Positions 60,168 through 64,000 of a stretch of 64,000 nt of DNA are shown one piece after another. The notes beneath the pieces are model-generated. The model did not search any database, was not told where the DNA came from, and saw only the letters and a program-made list of their open reading frames with translations. Made by a program: the position numbers and the translations under genes. This DNA is from Anthoceros angustus. Its lineage: Eukaryota; Plantae; Anthocerotophyta. The stretch spans positions 1,488,001-1,552,000 of the forward strand of contig MU008165.1 in NCBI GenBank assembly GCA_010909165.1, read 5' to 3'. Position 1 is the stretch's first letter. Every line of letters starts with the position of its first letter.

Positions 60168-63100
60168 CTAGATGACGACAGCCTTGGGTTCAGGTCGACG
60201 AATATGTCGCATTGTGCTGCCCCGTTCTGAGGGTTTGAAAGGTGAACGGCCTCCAAATGGTTTTGGTAATCCAAATGGCTCTTCCGCTATGTAAGCATTT
60301 GGCCTTTGCTCTGCTGTGGTGAATCTGCACATGTAGTGATGTCTACTGGTTAGGATCCCTGGTCTGTTTCGAATTTGTGTATTGCAACCGAAATTTGTTG
60401 TAAGAAACAAAACAGCACATGACGTACATGTCCCTCTTGGGTTGTTGATCATCTTCCGTTTTTCCATCTCTCGATTGCAGGATGCGGATCTCCATTCGTT
60501 CCCATTCCCGTGCTGCATCCTCAGTTGGAGCCTGTATGCACAGAGATCTCAGCTGGCATCACAGACATGGTACAAGCACGGGAAGGCTGCCTGCTCCTGC
60601 TGCCAAACTCACCTCCCCGGCTCCGACTCTTTGCCAAGCATCTTCCACAAAAGCAGCCAACGAGTCTTTTTCCTTCTTCAGGCTCATTGCGGTGGCCTGA
60701 AATGAAGGTGCCAGTCAGCATGAAGGATTCTTTGTGCATTTCCAGTCCCCACAGATTTTTGCCTGTAGAGTCCCATACCTGATAGAGTGAAAGTTCTGAA
60801 ACAGTAGCCATCATGCACTTTGTGATTGTACGCACACGATTGTGGTAGTCATTAACTTGTTGCCCTATATGTAGATTACTGATTCTCCCCTCAGCCGCTT
60901 GCTTCCAGAGCTCTTCTGTCAAATCCGTTACCTGTAGCATCACATCCAGCACATTACATCAAACCTGTTACATGCCACTTCAGTATGTATCCAAGACGAC
61001 TGTAAGAGTCCAAACCTCTTCAAGGATCAAGTCCTTCTCGTAAGTCTGATCCAATCTTGTAGAGATGCGCTCTTCAATGCTGACCAACTTGGCTCCGAGC
61101 TCCAGGTCACTTGGGTCCGTTCCTTTTAGCATCCTCCATCGAGCGGTATTTTCCGGCTTTTCTACCAGCTCTGACAGACGCTCAGCTTCAATGACCACTC
61201 GACTCATCTGCACCACAACCCACCGGTAAAGCCTCTCTTCCAACACTTCCTGTGCTGCTCACAAGGAATCCGGAATCGAGAAATCCGAGCTACCTCATCT
61301 TTGTGCTTTGCCACAACTCCCTTCAGGTGGCGAATTTCTGGAGCAAACTTGTGGCACACTTGGACTGACACTGCAAGTTGCTTTATCTCTAACCGCAGAA
61401 AGCCTATCTCGTCATTGCGTGCTAATAATTCGATTTCTGACTGCTTCATCAGTTTGGTCTGCATTCGGATAACATCTCATGTCTGCGTGCTGGGTTTCAC
61501 AGGCTAGAGAAACACATGATTCTGAAAGCACATTACCCACCTGCACGTTTAATTTCTCGTACAGAATACAGAGTTCATCATTCCTGTCGATGAGTGAAAT
61601 TCCAGTGTAATTGCGTCGGGTTACAACAAACTCATACTCTTTAAGGAGCCGTGACATGCCCCAATCCGATCCTTTGATAAAGGCCTGAAGTTTCTTCACA
61701 GACAGCTCAAGATCATCGTGTGTTTCCTGCAAAAGTCACCATGCTGTGAGGCAATTGTTTCTCTTTCAAGTCACCCTGCTGCTGGCTGTCTTCGATAATG
61801 CCCAAACCTTTTTGTCTCTGAGAGCCAGAGTAGCTTTGGTCAGTTCTGATTGCAGCTGTGTCCGGCCTCTTATACTGCTCTCATAGTCCATACGCATTCG
61901 AGTAAGAACCTTGCTTTTATAGACCACCTCATTCTGTAGCATATCCACTTCTGCATCCATCATCTTCACTTTGTCCTTCATCTCCACCACTGTAAGTGAG
62001 CTAACCTGCGTATCAATCGACATAGGAATCGTTCATAATTATCTTCGGTGGTTGCCTTCAAAATTATTTGATAAAGCTGGCAGAGTATGCTTACTTGAGA
62101 AAGCTGTTTGAATCTATTTCGTTGGCTTTTGATGAGGCGGAAGAGGGTGTCAAATTGCTTTGATCGTTTGGCAATTTCGTCTCCTCTTTTGCGCAGAAAT
62201 GTGGTAAATATGTCGTGTGCGCGAACTTTTTCCAGGGCTTCTTTCCACATATTCGTCTATGATGCTCAATTTGTTACAAATTTATAATGTTTTATAATAA
62301 TGTAATATAAGATATATTACTGTAGAGAAATTAATACCTTCAAACAAACTTGTCGATTCATTCTTTGACATATTTTGACCATTTCTACGATTTGTTGTTC
62401 TCTTGCTCGTTGTAAATCGGCTGATTCCGCAATATCTAACTCAAGCCTAAGTATCTGCACAAAGTTATGATGGAGTTTTTACGATCTTTTGGGGGTTTTA
62501 TCATTTGTTTATGCTGGATGAAAGTACTAAAACTGGCATGAACGACAAGTATTAAAGCTATGCAAAGTTATGTTAGAGTATGATCTCTTGTGTTTTTTAT
62601 CATGTGTGGGATGAAAGTACTAAAACTCGCATGAGCAACAAGTATTAAAGCTGTGCAAAGTTATGTTAGAGTATTTATGATCTTTTGAGTTTTTCATCAT
62701 GTGATTATACTAAATGAAAGTATTAAACTGTCATGAGGATGTATGAAAGCTAGTATTAGAAACATACCAATCCATGTCCTTCATGTACTTTCTGAGTTAG
62801 CTCTTTTCCCCATTTTTCCACCACAAGAAAATTGTGCATATGAGAATCAATTTCTTTCCTCAAGTCATTTGCTATTTGAGTCGCCTTAGTTTTTTTAGTT
62901 GTAACCACTAATAGCTTCCAAAAGAACATAGAACAAAGTAAGATTATTTATTTATAGCATACTTATAGTAAACCTTAAATTAACAATTATTACTAATTTA
63001 TTTTTTAACAACTAATATTTTCAATAATTATATTTTTTTAGAGAAATAAAATTTATATTATTATTATTATTATCATACAAAAGTAAAATTTCTATAGCAC

Positions 63101-64000
63101 ATAAGATAAACTAACCTCATGTTGAAGGGACTCTCGTTCATTCAAAAGGCATGGTATATGTCCTTGAATTTGTTTTACAAGCACATCATCATTCTTTAGT
63201 CTACGAAGGACCTTATCTTTCTCCTTCACATGTTGAGCTAAATTATCTTGTTCTAATTTCAAATCTGTTAAGACAGCCTTCAACTGCATCTCTAAGTTTA
63301 CCTATCCTCCATTTAACAAGGAACTTACTTCAATTTCCCATGAATAATATGTACATCTCAAACCATCCGTACAAAAAAATCAAAAAGGACACCTTATCTG
63401 CAATATATTGATCTGCTTCAATTGTTGCCATTTCTTGATCTCTTTGTAGTTCCTCAATTGCTCGCTCCTTTGACACTTCAACGTTTCAGATGCAATATAT
63501 CAAGACAAGTTTTACAACTTTTGACTTAACTTCTCATATTTTAAAGAATAAAAACTCATAATTTTTAATCTCATGAGTTCTCTTGTTAAAGAACAAAATG
63601 AAAGGAAATCAATACCAATCAAAATAAAGCTTTATCTACCTTTTGTTCAATGAGCAAGAACGACCTATCCACATACATAGAACCCCTCTCGTACTCTCCA
63701 GTTAATTCCTCAATACTCTTGTTTACGCTGACTATCTCATGGTCAAGCTCATCAAGCTGTAAACATGCCCAAAGTAAATGGGTATGCGTATATTTATTAT
63801 CAAATACAATTGTGATATGGTGAATATTACTCATCCATATTGGATTCCAAATACTTCCAGAAGTTTATGAGAATTAATCTTCCATATACCTTGCCCACAT
63901 GACGAGCATCAGATAAACGAAGATTGGACAATGCATTGATTAAAATATCTGCCTACAAGTCCGAAAAAAAACCAAGTTATTAGAAGCATTGCAAGCATAT
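60168..64000 (-). CDS. CCDC146: Flagellar coiled-coil protein CCDC146/MBO2; 5' end lies outside the window
   Basis: RNYTGISLIDRNDELCILYEKLNVQ, MMATVSELSLYQ and C-terminal TTAEQRPNAYI..LPKPFG..PFKPSERGSTMRHIR. Confidence 0.9.
62457..62752. repeat. ~100-bp degenerate tandem repeat (x3) in a CCDC146 intron
   Basis: GCAAAGTTATG..GATGAAAGTACTAAAACT..AAGTATTAAAGCT repeated. Confidence 0.85.

Noticed and set aside
7181-64000. A functional meiosis/chromatin/sperm gene cluster (KIN1, DOT1-like, RSS1-like, FAS1, CCDC146)
   Set aside because: The genes are interspersed with unrelated housekeeping genes and TEs; there is no evidence beyond chance.

Overview
This is eukaryotic nuclear DNA from a compact non-seed land plant. 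A hornwort or other bryophyte is most plausible (inference from ~80-100 nt GT-AG introns, the flagellar gene CCDC146/MBO2, a bacterial-type tRNase Z and TTTAGGG repeats). Gene-dense blocks (0-15.5 kb, 30-34 kb, 41.7-42.7 kb, 49.5-64 kb) alternate with stacks of decayed transposons (15.6-29.5 kb, 34-39 kb, 43-49 kb). Recognisable genes are patellin (partial), kinesin-1/PSS1, a DOT1-like SAM methyltransferase, a secreted bacterial-like beta-helix protein, an RSS1/PATRONUS-like securin candidate, VIR3, PAM18, tRNA-Gln(UUG), tRNase Z-short with a decayed tandem copy, a Cdc24-OB protein, an intronless FAS1 with two apparent frameshifts, a small cyanobacterial-type plastid protein, CRIPT and CCDC146 (partial). 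The most interesting items are the DOT1-like enzyme, an OTU protease ORF with a 209-codon repeat insert inside its catalytic domain, the candidate HGT beta-helix gene, a tRNA with no T4 terminator before PAM18, and CRE-type retroelements. All family calls come from manual motif recognition; no searches were run. Exon boundaries were read by eye.
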